64,000 nucleotides of DNA from an uncultured Pelagibacteraceae bacterium. Lineage in GTDB: Bacteria; Pseudomonadota; Alphaproteobacteria; Pelagibacterales; Pelagibacteraceae. This document shows, in pieces, positions 33,759 through 44,955 of this stretch (positions within the stretch are counted from its first letter, which is position 1; the number at the start of each line of letters is the position of its first letter). Position numbers and translations under genes: made by a program. The notes below the pieces were generated by a model that saw nothing but the letters and a program-made list of their open reading frames with translations, ran no database searches and had not been told where the DNA came from. The stretch covers positions 3,255 to 67,254 of the forward strand of contig CABXRS010000003.1 in assembly GCA_902514665.1 (NCBI GenBank), read 5' to 3'.

Positions 33759-35053
33759 AATTATGTATGATAGGCACTGGTTATGTAGGTCTAGTAAGTG
33801 GAGTTTGTTTTGCTGATTTAGGAAATGATGTTATCTGTGTAGATAAAGATTATAATAAGATTGAGAATTTGAAAAAGGGTGTTGTTCCTATTTATGAACC
33901 AGGTTTAGAAGAGTTAGTTTTAAAAAATCACAAAAACAAAAGACTTAATTTTTCAACAGATTTAAGTGAGTCAGTAAAAAAATCAGATATTATTTTTATA
34001 TGCGTTGGTACTCCAACAAAAAAAAATAGTAACAGTGCAGATCTTACTCAGGTTTATTCAGCTGGAAAAGAAATATCTAAATCTATAAATAAATTTAAAA
34101 TTATAATAAATAAGTCAACCGTTCCAGTAGCAACAGGAGATAAGCTTGAGAAAATTATAAATAAATCTGTTAATAAAAAGTACTTCTCTGTCGTGTCAAA
34201 TCCAGAATTTTTAAGAGAAGGCGAGGCTATTAGAGATTTTATTTATCCAGACAGGGTTGTTGTTGGATCAAATAATAAAAAAGCCACCAAGATATTAAGA
34301 AATCTATATTCCCCTTTAGTTTCGAAAGGTGCAAAGTTTGTATCTACCAATAGAAGAGCAGCAGAGTTGATCAAATATGCATCAAATGCTTTTCTCGCAA
34401 CAAAGATAACTTTTATAAATGAAATAGCTAATCTGTGTGAAAAAATAGATGTAAATATTGAAGATATTTCAATAGGGATTGGTCTAGATAAAAGAATTGG
34501 AAGTAGGTTTTTAAGAGCTGGTCCAGCTTATGGAGGATCATGCTTTCCAAAAGACACTAAAGCTATTGTATCTACAGCTGATAAATTCAAGACCAATTTG
34601 TCTGTTATTAAAAGTGTAATAAAGTCTAATAAGATAAGATCCGATTTATTATTAAAAAGAGTAAATTTAATAATGAAAAATAAAATAAATAATAAAACTA
34701 TTTCATTTCTAGGAGTAACCTTTAAAGCAAATACAGACGACATGAGAGACTCATCGAGCTTAAAATTAATCCCCTACTTATCTAAAAAAGGTGCTAAAAT
34801 TAAGTACTATGATCCAACAGGTTTTAAAAAAGAATTTGAGAATTTAAAAAATACTGAATTTTCAAATTCTATTAATGAAGCAATCAAAGGATCTGATCTT
34901 GTAATTATTCATACTGAATGGAATGATTTTAAATCAATAAATTTTAAAAAATATTCTAAAAATAAAAAATTAATTATATATGATATGAGAAATATTTTCT
35001 CACCAAGTAAGATAAAAAAACTTGGTTTAAAATATTACGGTATAGGATGTTAG
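33755..35053 (+). CDS. ugd: UDP-glucose 6-dehydrogenase
   Basis: GTGYVG, KSTVP, NPEFLREG, GGSCFPKD. Confidence 0.95.
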   Translation: MKLCMIGTGYVGLVSGVCFADLGNDVICVDKDYNKIENLKKGVVPIYEPGLEELVLKNHKNKRLNFSTDLSESVKKSDIIFICVGTPTKKNSNSADLTQVYSAGKEISKSINKFKIIINKSTVPVATGDKLEKIINKSVNKKYFSVVSNPEFLREGEAIRDFIYPDRVVVGSNNKKATKILRNLYSPLVSKGAKFVSTNRRAAELIKYASNAFLATKITFINEIANLCEKIDVNIEDISIGIGLDKRIGSRFLRAGPAYGGSCFPKDTKAIVSTADKFKTNLSVIKSVIKSNKIRSDLLLKRVNLIMKNKINNKTISFLGVTFKANTDDMRDSSSLKLIPYLSKKGAKIKYYDPTGFKKEFENLKNTEFSNSINEAIKGSDLVIIHTEWNDFKSINFKKYSKNKKLIIYDMRNIFSPSKIKKLGLKYYGIGC

Positions 35054-35054
35054 T

Positions 35055-35516
35055 TTAATTTAATTCAAAAATTGCATCAACTTCAACAGATACCCCAAGA
35101 GGAAGACTACTGGCACTTACGGCTGCTCGCGTATGAAACCCAGCATCACCAAATATAGATTTTATCAAATCAGATGCACCATTAATCACCTTAGGCTGTT
35201 CTGAAAATTCTTCGGTTGAGTTGACAAAGCCCGTTAATTTTATACACGACTTTATTTTAGATAAATTACCTCCACATGCCATCTTTGCTTGAGCAATTAT
35301 ACTTAATCCACATCTTTTTGCAGCCTCATAGCCTTTTTCTGTAGAGAGTTCTTTGCCAATTTTACCTTTTATCAATTCACCATTTTCTGCAATCGAGATT
35401 TGTCCGGATATAAATAAAAAATTTCCTGCAATTTTTGTAGCAACATATGAGCCTACAGGTGATTTTGGTTCAGGTAGAATTATTTTTAGCTCTTCTAATT
35501 TTTTTTCAAAATTCAT
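35055..35516 (-). CDS. Rid (YjgF/YER057c/UK114) family protein
   Basis: FISGQ, NGASDL, H-T-R-AAV (conserved Arg), LPLG..VEVD. Confidence 0.9.
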   Translation of the reverse strand: MNFEKKLEELKIILPEPKSPVGSYVATKIAGNFLFISGQISIAENGELIKGKIGKELSTEKGYEAAKRCGLSIIAQAKMACGGNLSKIKSCIKLTGFVNSTEEFSEQPKVINGASDLIKSIFGDAGFHTRAAVSASSLPLGVSVEVDAIFELN

Positions 35517-35522
35517 AATATT

Positions 35523-35774
35523 TTAATCTGTTTTAATTTTACTTTTTAACTTATTAAATATTTTTTTTGTTCCTTCTGCTATATCCTTAGTTTTTTTTGC
35601 AGATCCCTTTTTAATTTGATTATTTTTTTTATTAGCCTCATCTTTAAGATTTTTAGCACTGCATATTATAAATTCTTTTGAAAGTTTCTTCATGTCTGAA
35701 CATTTTTTATCTACAGCAAAAGAAATATTTGTGATCAATAGACAAAACGTTAAATAAAAAAATATTGTTTTCAT
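35523..35774 (-). CDS. Small hypothetical exported protein (83 aa)
   Basis: Fills the gap exactly, with ATGA overlap to the topA stop; signal-peptide-like N-terminus ending SFA; two Cys; Lys-rich helix. Confidence 0.7.
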   Translation of the reverse strand: MKTIFFYLTFCLLITNISFAVDKKCSDMKKLSKEFIICSAKNLKDEANKKNNQIKKGSAKKTKDIAEGTKKIFNKLKSKIKTD

Positions 35775-38350
35775 TTTTTCTTCCTTTTCTTAATTTTTTT
35801 ATTTTTATCGTATTCACGTCTTTTCTCAATAAGGATTAAAGCCTCTTCCATATTTAGCTCTGTAGGGTCTTTTTCTTCTGGAATTGTAGCATTTAGTGAT
35901 TTGTATTTAATATAAGGACCATATTGTCCCTTCATGATTCTTACAGGTTTTTTATCTTCTGGATGTTCGCCAAGATCTTTAATGATAGATGCTGACATTC
36001 TTCCTGGTTTAGCTTCAGCTATTAATATTATTGCTCTATTCAAACCTATTGAAAATATTTCTTCAACATTTTCTATTCTAGCAGATTTATTTTCACACTT
36101 TAGATAGGGTCCAAATCTACCGGTGTTCAAAGAAATCTCTTTTTGATTATCAGGATTAATCCCTAGAGATTTAGGAAGCGAACATAGAAATCTTGCTTTA
36201 TCAATATCTACACTTTCTAATTCAATTCCTTTTGGAATGGAGACATTTTTCAATAGTTCATTTACATCTTTTTTGGTTTTTTTTCTTTTTTTCTTTTTTA
36301 TTCCTTTTTCTTTAGCGCTTTCGGAAAGTTTTTCATATTGCAAATAAGGTCCGAATCTTCCATTTTTAAGAAAGATATCATTTCCATTATCATGTTTGCC
36401 TAAATATTTTGGTTCAGCCAATTGTGCTTGTGCAGCAGCTTTAGCTTTTGATAAAGGTCGAGTAAATTTACATTCTGGATAATTAGAGCAACCAATAAAT
36501 GCACCACCTCTAAAACTATTTTTTAAACTTAATAATCCTGTATTACACAATTGGCACTTTCTTACAATATTACCACTTTCATCTTTATCAAAAATTAATG
36601 CACCCAAACTTTCATTTAGTAAATCCAAAACTTCTCTAGTTCTTTTTTCTTTTACTTCTGATACGTTGCTATTAAAATCTTTCCAAAATAATTCTAAAAC
36701 CTTTATCCAACTTTCTTTTCCAGTTGTTATTTCGTCTAATTGATCTTCTAATCCAGCGGTAAAATTATAATCTACATATTTAGAAAATAATTTTTCTAAA
36801 AAAGCAGAAATTAATTTTCCACGGTCTGTTGGAAAAAATCTTTTATTAGTTATCTCAGCATATCCTCTATTAGAAATAGTTGATATTATACTTGCATATG
36901 TTGAGGGTCTTCCAATTCCAAGTTCCTCTAGCTTCTTGACTAAACTTGCTTCTGAATACCTTGGAGGAGGTTGTGTAAAATGTTGTTCATCTAAAAAGGA
37001 TTCAACATTTACAGGTCCTTCTTTAACCTCAGGAAGTATCTCATCATCATCATCCGAATTTAGATTTTTATAAACTTTCAAAAATCCATCAAATTTCAAA
37101 ATTGACCCAATTGCTTTACAAACTGTGTTTTTATCATTGGTTTCAATAGTAATAGTGTTTCTGTCAAATTTTGCAGAAACCATTTGAGATGATAAAGCTC
37201 TACTCCATATTAAATTGTACAATTTATTTTGATCAGTACTTAAATATTTTTTAATAGCTTCGGGAGATCTATTTATATCTGTGGGTCTAATAGCTTCATG
37301 TGCTTCTTGTGCATTTTTGGCTTTTTTACCAGAATAATTATTAGCTTTTTCAGGGATATAATGATTTCCAAAACTTTTTTTAATAAAGTTTCTAAAATCA
37401 CTAATAGCATCTGCTGATAAGTTTGTGCCATCAGTTCGCATATAAGTTATCAAACCAACTGTATCTCCATTGATTTCAATTCCTTGGTAAAGTTTTTGTG
37501 CAATTTGCATAGTTCTAGAAGCACCAAATCCCAATTTACTTGAAGCAACTTGTTGTAGTGTAGAGGTTGTAAAAGGGCCAGATGGATTTCTATTTACAAT
37601 TTTTGAGGAAATATCACTAACATTAAATTTTTTATCCTTCAATTCAGAGATTGCCATTTCAATATTTTCTTTTTTTTTAAAGGAAAATTTTTCTATTTTT
37701 TGCCCGTTTAATTGATAGATGCTTGCAGTAAATAAATTTTTATTTTCGTCGTGAAATTTTAAACTTAAAGTCCAAAACTCTTCCGGATTAAATAACTCAA
37801 TTTCATGCTCTCTTTCTGTTATTAATTTTAAAGCAACAGATTGAACTCTACCAGCCGATTTTGATCCAGGAAGTTTAGTCCACAATATTGGCGAGATATT
37901 AAAACCAACAAGGTAATCAAGAGCACGCCTTGCCATATATGCATCAACTAACAATGGTTCAATTTGTCTTGGGTTTTCAATTCCGAAAGTTACAGCTTTC
38001 TTAGTAATTTCGTTAAACACAACTCTTTCAACTTCTTTATCTTTAAGTAATTTTTTTTCATTCAAGTATTCTTTAACATGCCATGCTATCGCTTCTCCCT
38101 CACGATCAGGGTCGGTTGCTAAAATGATTTTGGAAGAATCTTTTGCGGCATCAGTTATTTCTTTAAGATATTTTTTTGAAAAATTATCAACTTCCCATTC
38201 CATTTTAAAATTTTGTTCAGGATCAACAGAACCATTTTTAGATGGCAGATCCCTAATATGTCCATAGCTAGCTAAAACAGTGTAATTATCACCTAAATAT
38301 TTATTTATTGTTTTAGCTTTTGCTGGGCTTTCAACTATGACTAGATTCAT
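35771..38350 (-). CDS. topA: DNA topoisomerase I
   Basis: VIVESPAK, ATDPDREGE, SAGRVQS, ITYMRTD; one zinc ribbon plus GRFGPY C-terminal repeats. Confidence 0.98.
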   Translation of the reverse strand: MNLVIVESPAKAKTINKYLGDNYTVLASYGHIRDLPSKNGSVDPEQNFKMEWEVDNFSKKYLKEITDAAKDSSKIILATDPDREGEAIAWHVKEYLNEKKLLKDKEVERVVFNEITKKAVTFGIENPRQIEPLLVDAYMARRALDYLVGFNISPILWTKLPGSKSAGRVQSVALKLITEREHEIELFNPEEFWTLSLKFHDENKNLFTASIYQLNGQKIEKFSFKKKENIEMAISELKDKKFNVSDISSKIVNRNPSGPFTTSTLQQVASSKLGFGASRTMQIAQKLYQGIEINGDTVGLITYMRTDGTNLSADAISDFRNFIKKSFGNHYIPEKANNYSGKKAKNAQEAHEAIRPTDINRSPEAIKKYLSTDQNKLYNLIWSRALSSQMVSAKFDRNTITIETNDKNTVCKAIGSILKFDGFLKVYKNLNSDDDDEILPEVKEGPVNVESFLDEQHFTQPPPRYSEASLVKKLEELGIGRPSTYASIISTISNRGYAEITNKRFFPTDRGKLISAFLEKLFSKYVDYNFTAGLEDQLDEITTGKESWIKVLELFWKDFNSNVSEVKEKRTREVLDLLNESLGALIFDKDESGNIVRKCQLCNTGLLSLKNSFRGGAFIGCSNYPECKFTRPLSKAKAAAQAQLAEPKYLGKHDNGNDIFLKNGRFGPYLQYEKLSESAKEKGIKKKKRKKTKKDVNELLKNVSIPKGIELESVDIDKARFLCSLPKSLGINPDNQKEISLNTGRFGPYLKCENKSARIENVEEIFSIGLNRAIILIAEAKPGRMSASIIKDLGEHPEDKKPVRIMKGQYGPYIKYKSLNATIPEEKDPTELNMEEALILIEKRREYDKNKKIKKRKKK

Positions 38351-38358
38351 AATTTAAC

Positions 38359-38386
38359 AAACTACTTAAAAGTAGTTGATAGTCAA
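38359..38386 (-). promoter_or_regulatory. Putative topA promoter with internal hairpin
   Basis: Minus strand TTGACT-N16-TAGTTT; AACTACT-taaa-AGTAGTT inverted repeat at 38360-38377. Confidence 0.4.
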
Positions 38387-38387
38387 T

Positions 38388-38966
38388 TTAATAAATCTTT
38401 GTCTTATTTTCTTCTTTGTTTTTCAGTCGTTTAATATTTTCTCTGTGATTATAAAATATTAAAACAAACATAATTCCAAAAAAAAGTAGGTTATTTAATT
38501 CGCCAATAAAAAAAATATATACTGGTATTGTAAGCGAGCCAATTAGTGATGACAAAGATGAATATCTCGATATTAAAAAAATTGTTAACCAACATATACA
38601 AAAAATGGCACCTAAAGAAATATTTATAACAAACAAAATCCCTACATATGTAGCCACACCTTTGCCGCCTTTAAATTTTAACCAAACTGGGAAAACATGA
38701 CCTAAAAAGGCGCAAAGAGAAGCAATATAAATTAATTCTGGATAATTAATTTTAACATACATTACCGGAAGTACACCTTTGATAATATCTAACAAAAGAG
38801 TAGTGTAACCAATTAATTTATTTCCTGTTCTTAATGCATTTGTTGCACCGATATTTCCAGATCCAATTTCTCTTATATCTTTTTTTAAAAAAAATTTGGT
38901 TAATAAAAATCCAAAAGGTATAGAACCCATTAGGTATGAGATAATACCTACAGTTAAATATTCCAT
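38388..38966 (-). CDS. plsY: Glycerol-3-phosphate acyltransferase
   Basis: GSIPFG, GSGNIGATN, GHVFP..FKGGKGVAT, HRENI.RL. Confidence 0.97.
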   Translation of the reverse strand: MEYLTVGIISYLMGSIPFGFLLTKFFLKKDIREIGSGNIGATNALRTGNKLIGYTTLLLDIIKGVLPVMYVKINYPELIYIASLCAFLGHVFPVWLKFKGGKGVATYVGILFVINISLGAIFCICWLTIFLISRYSSLSSLIGSLTIPVYIFFIGELNNLLFFGIMFVLIFYNHRENIKRLKNKEENKTKIY

Positions 38967-38968
38967 AT

Positions 38969-40255
38969 TTATACTTTAAATAATTCTTGACCTTTTACAA
39001 ACGTATTGGTTACTTTTCCTTGTAATTTTTTATCTTCTATTGAGGTATTTTTTGATTTTGATATTAAATTCTCTTTTTTAACTACCCAAGGTTTATCTAT
39101 ATCAACAACACAAAAATCTGCATCATTTCCAATAGATAGGTTTCCTTTATTTATGTTTAATATCTTTGCAGGATTAGAGGTTAATGCCTGAATAATAGTT
39201 TCAAGTTTTACTGATCCATTATGGTATAGTTCTAAGCTTAATGATAATAGGGTTTCAATGCCTGATGCTCCAGTTGCAGCTTGAGAAAAGGTTAATCGTT
39301 TAGTCTCTTCATCTTCAGGCTTATGATCAGAAACAATTACATCAATCACCCCATCTTTCAATCCTTGAACCAATACTTCTCTATCTTCTTCCTTTCTTAA
39401 AGGAGGCGATAATTTTAAAAAGGTTTTAAAATCGCCAATATCATTTTCATTTAAAGATAAATTATTTATTGAAACTCCAGATGTAAATTTTACATCATCT
39501 TTTCTTTGTTTAATTATATCTACTGATTTTGAAGAAGATATTTGCGAAATATGATATCTACATTTAACTTTTTCAAGTAAAGTCAAATCTCTCTCAATAA
39601 TAATTCTTTCAGCAATATCTGGTATTCCAGATAGTCCAAGCTTTGATGCAATTATGCCAGAATTAATCATACCGTTTTCTGATAGGTGCAAATCCTCAGC
39701 ATGCTGCATAATTAAACAACCTAAGTCCTTAGCTGCATTCATAATTCTAGACATTAGTCTTGTATTTTGAATAGTTCTGACACCATCTGTAAAAGCAATT
39801 ATTCCTTTTTTGGCCAGAAGACCAAATTCAGTCATGTTTGTGCCTTCTGTATTTTGAGTTAATGATGCACATGGAAATATATTTATTTTAGATTTATCTC
39901 TTCCTCTTCTTTTTAAAAAATCAACAATAGAAACATTATCAATAATTGGATCTGTATTTGGCATTGTCACAACCGAGGTTACTCCACCAGATAAAGCTGC
40001 ATTACTCAAAGTTTTAAAATTTTCTTTGTATTCATAACCTGGCTCTCCAACAAATACTCTCATGTCCACAATACCAGGAAAAATATATTTACCTTTTAAA
40101 TCTACTGGTTTTTCTCTAGATGGAAGATTATTGTTGTTAACTTTTTTACCAATAGCCTCAATTTTACCAAGCTCGTCAATTATTAATCCACCATTTTCAT
40201 TTAAAGAATTATGAGGATCTATAATTTTCGCGTTTATAAAGTATTGTTTTTTCAT
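38969..40255 (-). CDS. pyrC: Dihydroorotase-like protein, probably the inactive PyrC' subunit of ATCase
   Basis: Amidohydrolase fold motifs (GEPG, MPNT, HAED, SDH), but DMRVF replaces the DxHxH metal motif. Confidence 0.85.
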   Translation of the reverse strand: MKKQYFINAKIIDPHNSLNENGGLIIDELGKIEAIGKKVNNNNLPSREKPVDLKGKYIFPGIVDMRVFVGEPGYEYKENFKTLSNAALSGGVTSVVTMPNTDPIIDNVSIVDFLKRRGRDKSKINIFPCASLTQNTEGTNMTEFGLLAKKGIIAFTDGVRTIQNTRLMSRIMNAAKDLGCLIMQHAEDLHLSENGMINSGIIASKLGLSGIPDIAERIIIERDLTLLEKVKCRYHISQISSSKSVDIIKQRKDDVKFTSGVSINNLSLNENDIGDFKTFLKLSPPLRKEEDREVLVQGLKDGVIDVIVSDHKPEDEETKRLTFSQAATGASGIETLLSLSLELYHNGSVKLETIIQALTSNPAKILNINKGNLSIGNDADFCVVDIDKPWVVKKENLISKSKNTSIEDKKLQGKVTNTFVKGQELFKV

Positions 40256-41197
40256 TTATTCACAGAATATTTTTAAGCATGCCATTCTTACCGCAACACC
40301 AAGCTCTACCTGTTCTTTAATTACACTTTTGTTAATGTCGTCAGCTAATCTGGTGTCAATTTCAATTCCTCTATTCATTGGTCCAGGATGCATAATTAAT
40401 GCATCAGGTTTAGCATGATCTAGTTTGTCAGGTGTTAATCCATAGTATTCATAATATTCTCTGTTAGATGATAAGAAAGAACTCGTCATTCTCTCATTTT
40501 GCAATCTTAACATCATTACTATGTCACAATCTTTAAGTCCTTTTTTCATATCAGTAAAAGTATTAACACCAAATTTTTCTATTTCTTTTGGCATTAGATT
40601 TGTAGGAGCAACTAAATTTACTTCAGCACCAAGCATAGTTAACAAGTAAATATTTGATCTCGCTACACGTGAATGTAAAATATCTCCACATATTGCAATT
40701 TTTAATCCTTGAATTTTATCTTTTCGATTAATTATCGTTAAAGCATCAAGTAAAGCTTGAGTAGGGTGTTCTCTACGTCCATCTCCAGCATTCAATACTA
40801 CACAATTAACTTTTTGTGAAAGAAGGTTGCAAGCTCCTGAGTCTTGATGTCTAATTACTATAATATCTGGATGCATTGCATTTAAGGTCATGGCAGTATC
40901 AATTAAAGTTTCACCTTTTTTTATTGCTAAATTCCCCATATTCATTGACATGACATCAGCTCCTAATCTTTTCCCTGCTAATTCAAATGAGCTTTGAGTT
41001 CTTGTTGATGGTTCAAAAAAAAGATTTATTTGGGTTTTTCCTCTTAAAACATCAATTTTTTTATTCTTACTTCGATTTATTGATATAAAGGTTTGAGCTT
41101 CGTTAAGAATGATATTTACATCATTTACCGACAGATCTTGAATACCTAACAAATGTTTTTGGGATATTTTAACAGCTTTAGAGGTTTTAGATGCCAT
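40256..41197 (-). CDS. pyrB: Aspartate carbamoyltransferase catalytic subunit
   Basis: [22 protein letters not shown]; start placed at ATG 41197. Confidence 0.97.
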   Translation of the reverse strand: MASKTSKAVKISQKHLLGIQDLSVNDVNIILNEAQTFISINRSKNKKIDVLRGKTQINLFFEPSTRTQSSFELAGKRLGADVMSMNMGNLAIKKGETLIDTAMTLNAMHPDIIVIRHQDSGACNLLSQKVNCVVLNAGDGRREHPTQALLDALTIINRKDKIQGLKIAICGDILHSRVARSNIYLLTMLGAEVNLVAPTNLMPKEIEKFGVNTFTDMKKGLKDCDIVMMLRLQNERMTSSFLSSNREYYEYYGLTPDKLDHAKPDALIMHPGPMNRGIEIDTRLADDINKSVIKEQVELGVAVRMACLKIFCE

Positions 41198-41239
41198 TAA
41201 AATTAACTCTATAGCTATAATATAGTTACTTGGCAAGTA

Positions 41240-41695
41240 TTAATTATTCAAAAAATCTATCGCTCCTTGAAGAATGAATGCAGCAGCATTCTGATCTATA
41301 TTTTTTTCCCTTTTAGACACATTTATATCCAGTTGACTGGATAAATTAAAAGCACCTACTGTTGAAAGTCTCTCATCCCATAGACAAATATCAATATCTA
41401 AAGCTTTATCAATATTGTTTGAAACATCATTCACTGACTGAGCAGATCTTCCTAAGGTTCCATCCATATTTAAAGGGAAACCTATTATTATTCCTTTTAT
41501 ATTATTTTCCTCAATAATAATTTTTATTTCATTTATTAAATTTTCCGTATTTGTTTTATTCAATGTTTTTAATGGAGTAGCAATAGATTGTTTTTCATCA
41601 CAAATTGAAACTCCAATTCTTTTAGAGCCAAGATCTAAACCAATTAATCTAGTGGTTTCTGACTGTTTTTTTTTAAGCTCTTCTATAGTGATCAT
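41240..41695 (-). CDS. ruvX: YqgF/RuvX pre-16S rRNA nuclease
   Basis: GLDLGSKRIG, G.PLNMDG, WDERLST, AAAFILQG. Confidence 0.94.
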   Translation of the reverse strand: MITIEELKKKQSETTRLIGLDLGSKRIGVSICDEKQSIATPLKTLNKTNTENLINEIKIIIEENNIKGIIIGFPLNMDGTLGRSAQSVNDVSNNIDKALDIDICLWDERLSTVGAFNLSSQLDINVSKREKNIDQNAAAFILQGAIDFLNN

Positions 41696-41745
41696 GTTGT
41701 ATAATTATAACTTAAGTGATAGTTTGCGTCATATTTAATTATCAT

Positions 41746-42033
41746 ATGAGCATCGATCTTAAAACAATAAAGCACATATCTAAATTATCAAGAATTTCTG
41801 TTGATGAAAAAAGGGCAGAGAAACTAGCTGGTGATTTAAATTCAATTTTCGAATTTATTGAGATACTTAATGAATTAAAGACAGAGAATGTTGAGCCCCT
41901 TACTTCTGTTGCTGAAACCACACTTAAATTAAGAGCTGATAAAGTAAAAAGTAAAAATTTAAGAGAACAAATAATTAAAAATTCTCCTCAAGAAAATGAA
42001 GATTATTTTGTAGTACCAAAGGTAATTGAATAA
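41746..42033 (+). CDS. gatC: Asp/Glu-tRNA amidotransferase subunit C
   Basis: HISKLSRI, VEPL, YFVVPKVIE; start placed at ATG 41746. Confidence 0.95.
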   Translation: MSIDLKTIKHISKLSRISVDEKRAEKLAGDLNSIFEFIEILNELKTENVEPLTSVAETTLKLRADKVKSKNLREQIIKNSPQENEDYFVVPKVIE

Positions 42034-43490
42034 TGTCAGATATCACAAAACAATCTCTTTCTGAATTAGTTAAAAATATTAAAGAGAAAAAAATTTCTTC
42101 TATAGAGGTAACAAAAGCATTTATAGAGAGATCTGAAAAATCTAAAGAGTTAAATGTTTATGTAACAGAAGATTTTTCAGCTGCAATTGATAAAGCTAAA
42201 AGGTTTGATGAAAACCCTAATTTAGATTTAAAATTACCTGGTATACCAATGGCTGTTAAAGATCTATTTTGTACAAAAAATGTTAAAACTACCGCAGGGA
42301 GTAAAATTTTGAATAATTTCATTCCAACTTATGAGTCCACAGTTACTCAAAATATTTGGAATGAGGGAGCTATTCTTCTTGGAAAATTAAATTGTGATGA
42401 GTTTGCTATGGGATCCTCTAATGAAACAAGTTTTTTTGGTTGTGTGCAGAACCCAATTGATAAAGATTTAGTACCTGGTGGATCCTCAGGTGGCTCATCT
42501 TCAGCTGTTGCAGCACAATTAACACCAATCACAATAGGTACAGATACTGGTGGTTCAATTAGACAACCTGCATCCTTCACAGGCATCGTTGGTTTAAAAC
42601 CAACTTATGGTAGTTGCTCAAGATATGGTATAGTAGCATTTGCATCTTCTTTAGATCAAGCAGGACCAATGGCTCAAAACGTAAGGGATTGTGCTTTATT
42701 ACACGAGGTCATTAGTTCTTATGACGAAAAAGACTCTACCTCCATAGATTTTAAGCGAAACAATTACGTTAAAGAATTAACTAATAATATCAAAGGAAAA
42801 AAAATAGGAATACCTAAAGAGTATAGAGTAGATGGCATGCCTAAAGAAATAGAAGATCTTTGGAAGAAAGGTATTGATTATGTAAAAGATTGTGGTGCAA
42901 AAATTATAGATATTTCACTACCTCACACTAATTATGCTTTACCCACTTATTATATTGTAGCACCTGCTGAAGCTTCATCTAACCTTGCGCGATATGATGG
43001 TGTTAAATACGGATTTAGAGCTGATGGAGAAAATTTGATAGATATGTATGAGAAAACTAGATCTGAAGGTTTTGGAGCAGAAGTTCAAAGAAGAATAATG
43101 ATAGGGACTTATGTTTTATCATCAGGATATTATGATGCATATTATCTTAAGGCTCAAAAAGTAAGAAAACTTATTAAAAATGATTTTGATGAAGCTTACA
43201 AGAAGGTAGATGCTATATTAACTCCGTCAACTCCAAGTTCTGCGTTCAAAATTGGTGAAAAGACAAATGATCCTGTTTCAATGTATTTAAACGATATTTT
43301 TACAGTTCCAGTAAATTTAGCAGGATTGCCTGGAATTTCGATACCCGCTGGTCATGATGCAAAGGGATATCCTTTAGGACTACAGATAATTGGTAAAGCA
43401 TTTGACGAACAAAATATATTAAATATCGCTTATGCAATGGAAGAAAAGATTAATTTTAAAAATAAAATTACTGATTGGTGGATAAAATGA
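42033..43490 (+). CDS. gatA: Asp/Glu-tRNA amidotransferase subunit A
   Basis: Amidase signature [29 protein letters not shown]. Confidence 0.98.
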   Translation: MSDITKQSLSELVKNIKEKKISSIEVTKAFIERSEKSKELNVYVTEDFSAAIDKAKRFDENPNLDLKLPGIPMAVKDLFCTKNVKTTAGSKILNNFIPTYESTVTQNIWNEGAILLGKLNCDEFAMGSSNETSFFGCVQNPIDKDLVPGGSSGGSSSAVAAQLTPITIGTDTGGSIRQPASFTGIVGLKPTYGSCSRYGIVAFASSLDQAGPMAQNVRDCALLHEVISSYDEKDSTSIDFKRNNYVKELTNNIKGKKIGIPKEYRVDGMPKEIEDLWKKGIDYVKDCGAKIIDISLPHTNYALPTYYIVAPAEASSNLARYDGVKYGFRADGENLIDMYEKTRSEGFGAEVQRRIMIGTYVLSSGYYDAYYLKAQKVRKLIKNDFDEAYKKVDAILTPSTPSSAFKIGEKTNDPVSMYLNDIFTVPVNLAGLPGISIPAGHDAKGYPLGLQIIGKAFDEQNILNIAYAMEEKINFKNKITDWWIK

Positions 43491-44950
43491 GTAAAGATAA
43501 ATCAGAGTATTTAATCAACAGAAAAGATAATCAATATGAAGTTGTAATAGGCTTAGAGGTTCATGCTCAAGTTACTTCAGAATCAAAGTTATTTTCAACA
43601 TCATCAACTAAATTCGGTGCAGAACCCAACACTCAGGTAAGTTTAGTAGATGCTGCTTTGCCAGGTATGCTGCCAGTTATAAATGAATATTGCGTAAAAC
43701 AGGCAATAAAAACTGGTATAGGACTAAAAGCCAAAATAAATAAACGATCTGTTTTTGATAGAAAAAATTATTTTTATGCAGATCTACCCCAAGGATATCA
43801 AATATCTCAATTTAAAGATCCAATTGTGGGTGAGGGGAAGGTTATTTTAGATATGCCAGATGGTCAAAAAGAAGTTGGCATTGAAAGATTACACTTAGAA
43901 CAAGACGCTGGTAAAAGCATACATAATTTAGACCCAAAAAATACATTTGTTGATCTGAATAGATCAGGTGTTGCCTTAATGGAAATTGTTAGTAAACCAG
44001 ATTTAAGATCACCAGATGAAGTAAATGCTTATGTAAAAAAATTAAGATCAATAATGAGATATCTTGGAACGTGTGACGGGAATATGCAAGAAGGTTCATT
44101 AAGAGCTGATGTGAATGTTTCTGTTAGAAAAAAAGGATCTAAAGAATTTGGAACTAGATGTGAAATTAAAAATGTAAACTCAATAAAATTTATGCAAATG
44201 GCTATTGAATACGAAGCTAATAGACAGGTAAATCTTATCGAAGATGGTCAATCTATTGATCAAGAGACTAGACTTTTTGATACAAAAAAAAATGAAACAA
44301 GATCAATGAGATCAAAAGAAGATGCACATGACTATAGATATTTTCCTGATCCAGATCTTTTGCCTCTAGAGGTTTCAGATGATTTTATAGAAAAGTTAAA
44401 ATTAGAAATTCCAGAGCTACCTGATGAAAAGAAAAAAAGATTTATTGAAAAATTCAAAGTATCTCCTTATGAGGCAACCATTTTAGTTTCTGATAATGAA
44501 ACATCTAGTTATTTTGAAAATGTAATAAAAAAATCAGATGTGAAACTTGCTACTAACTGGATAATTGGTGAGTTGTTTGCTGCTTTAAATGAAAAGAATC
44601 TAGAAATCACTGAAAGCCCGATAAGTGCAGGTAATTTATCGAAATTAATAAATTTAATTAAAGAAGGAACTATTTCTGGGAAAATAGCTAAAACTGTTTT
44701 TGAACACATGATGGAAGGAGACAAAGACCCAAAAAAAATAGTTGAAGAAAAAGGATTAAAACAAGAAAGTGACCCTAAAGCATTAGAAATTCTAATAGAT
44801 AAAGTTATTGATAATAACCGAGATAAAGCTACAGAATATAAATCAGGTAAAGTAAAATTATTTGGTTTTTTTGTCGGACAAGTAATGAAAGTATCAGGTG
44901 GTAAAGCCAACCCTCAATTAGTAAATGAGATTTTAAAGAAGAAACTTTAA
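43487..44950 (+). CDS. gatB: Asp/Glu-tRNA amidotransferase subunit B
   Basis: [36 protein letters not shown]; ATGA overlap with gatA. Confidence 0.98.
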   Translation: MSKDKSEYLINRKDNQYEVVIGLEVHAQVTSESKLFSTSSTKFGAEPNTQVSLVDAALPGMLPVINEYCVKQAIKTGIGLKAKINKRSVFDRKNYFYADLPQGYQISQFKDPIVGEGKVILDMPDGQKEVGIERLHLEQDAGKSIHNLDPKNTFVDLNRSGVALMEIVSKPDLRSPDEVNAYVKKLRSIMRYLGTCDGNMQEGSLRADVNVSVRKKGSKEFGTRCEIKNVNSIKFMQMAIEYEANRQVNLIEDGQSIDQETRLFDTKKNETRSMRSKEDAHDYRYFPDPDLLPLEVSDDFIEKLKLEIPELPDEKKKRFIEKFKVSPYEATILVSDNETSSYFENVIKKSDVKLATNWIIGELFAALNEKNLEITESPISAGNLSKLINLIKEGTISGKIAKTVFEHMMEGDKDPKKIVEEKGLKQESDPKALEILIDKVIDNNRDKATEYKSGKVKLFGFFVGQVMKVSGGKANPQLVNEILKKKL

Positions 44951-44955
44951 AGTTT

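Noticed and set aside
32943-35053. galU-ugd as the edge of a hypervariable surface-polysaccharide island
   Set aside because: Only two genes, flanked by core genes, with no glycosyltransferases or compositional shift.
35771-36400. Repeated G(R/Q)(F/Y)GPY units at the TopA C-terminus
   Set aside because: Known Topo I C-terminal repeats, common in Alphaproteobacteria; not novel.
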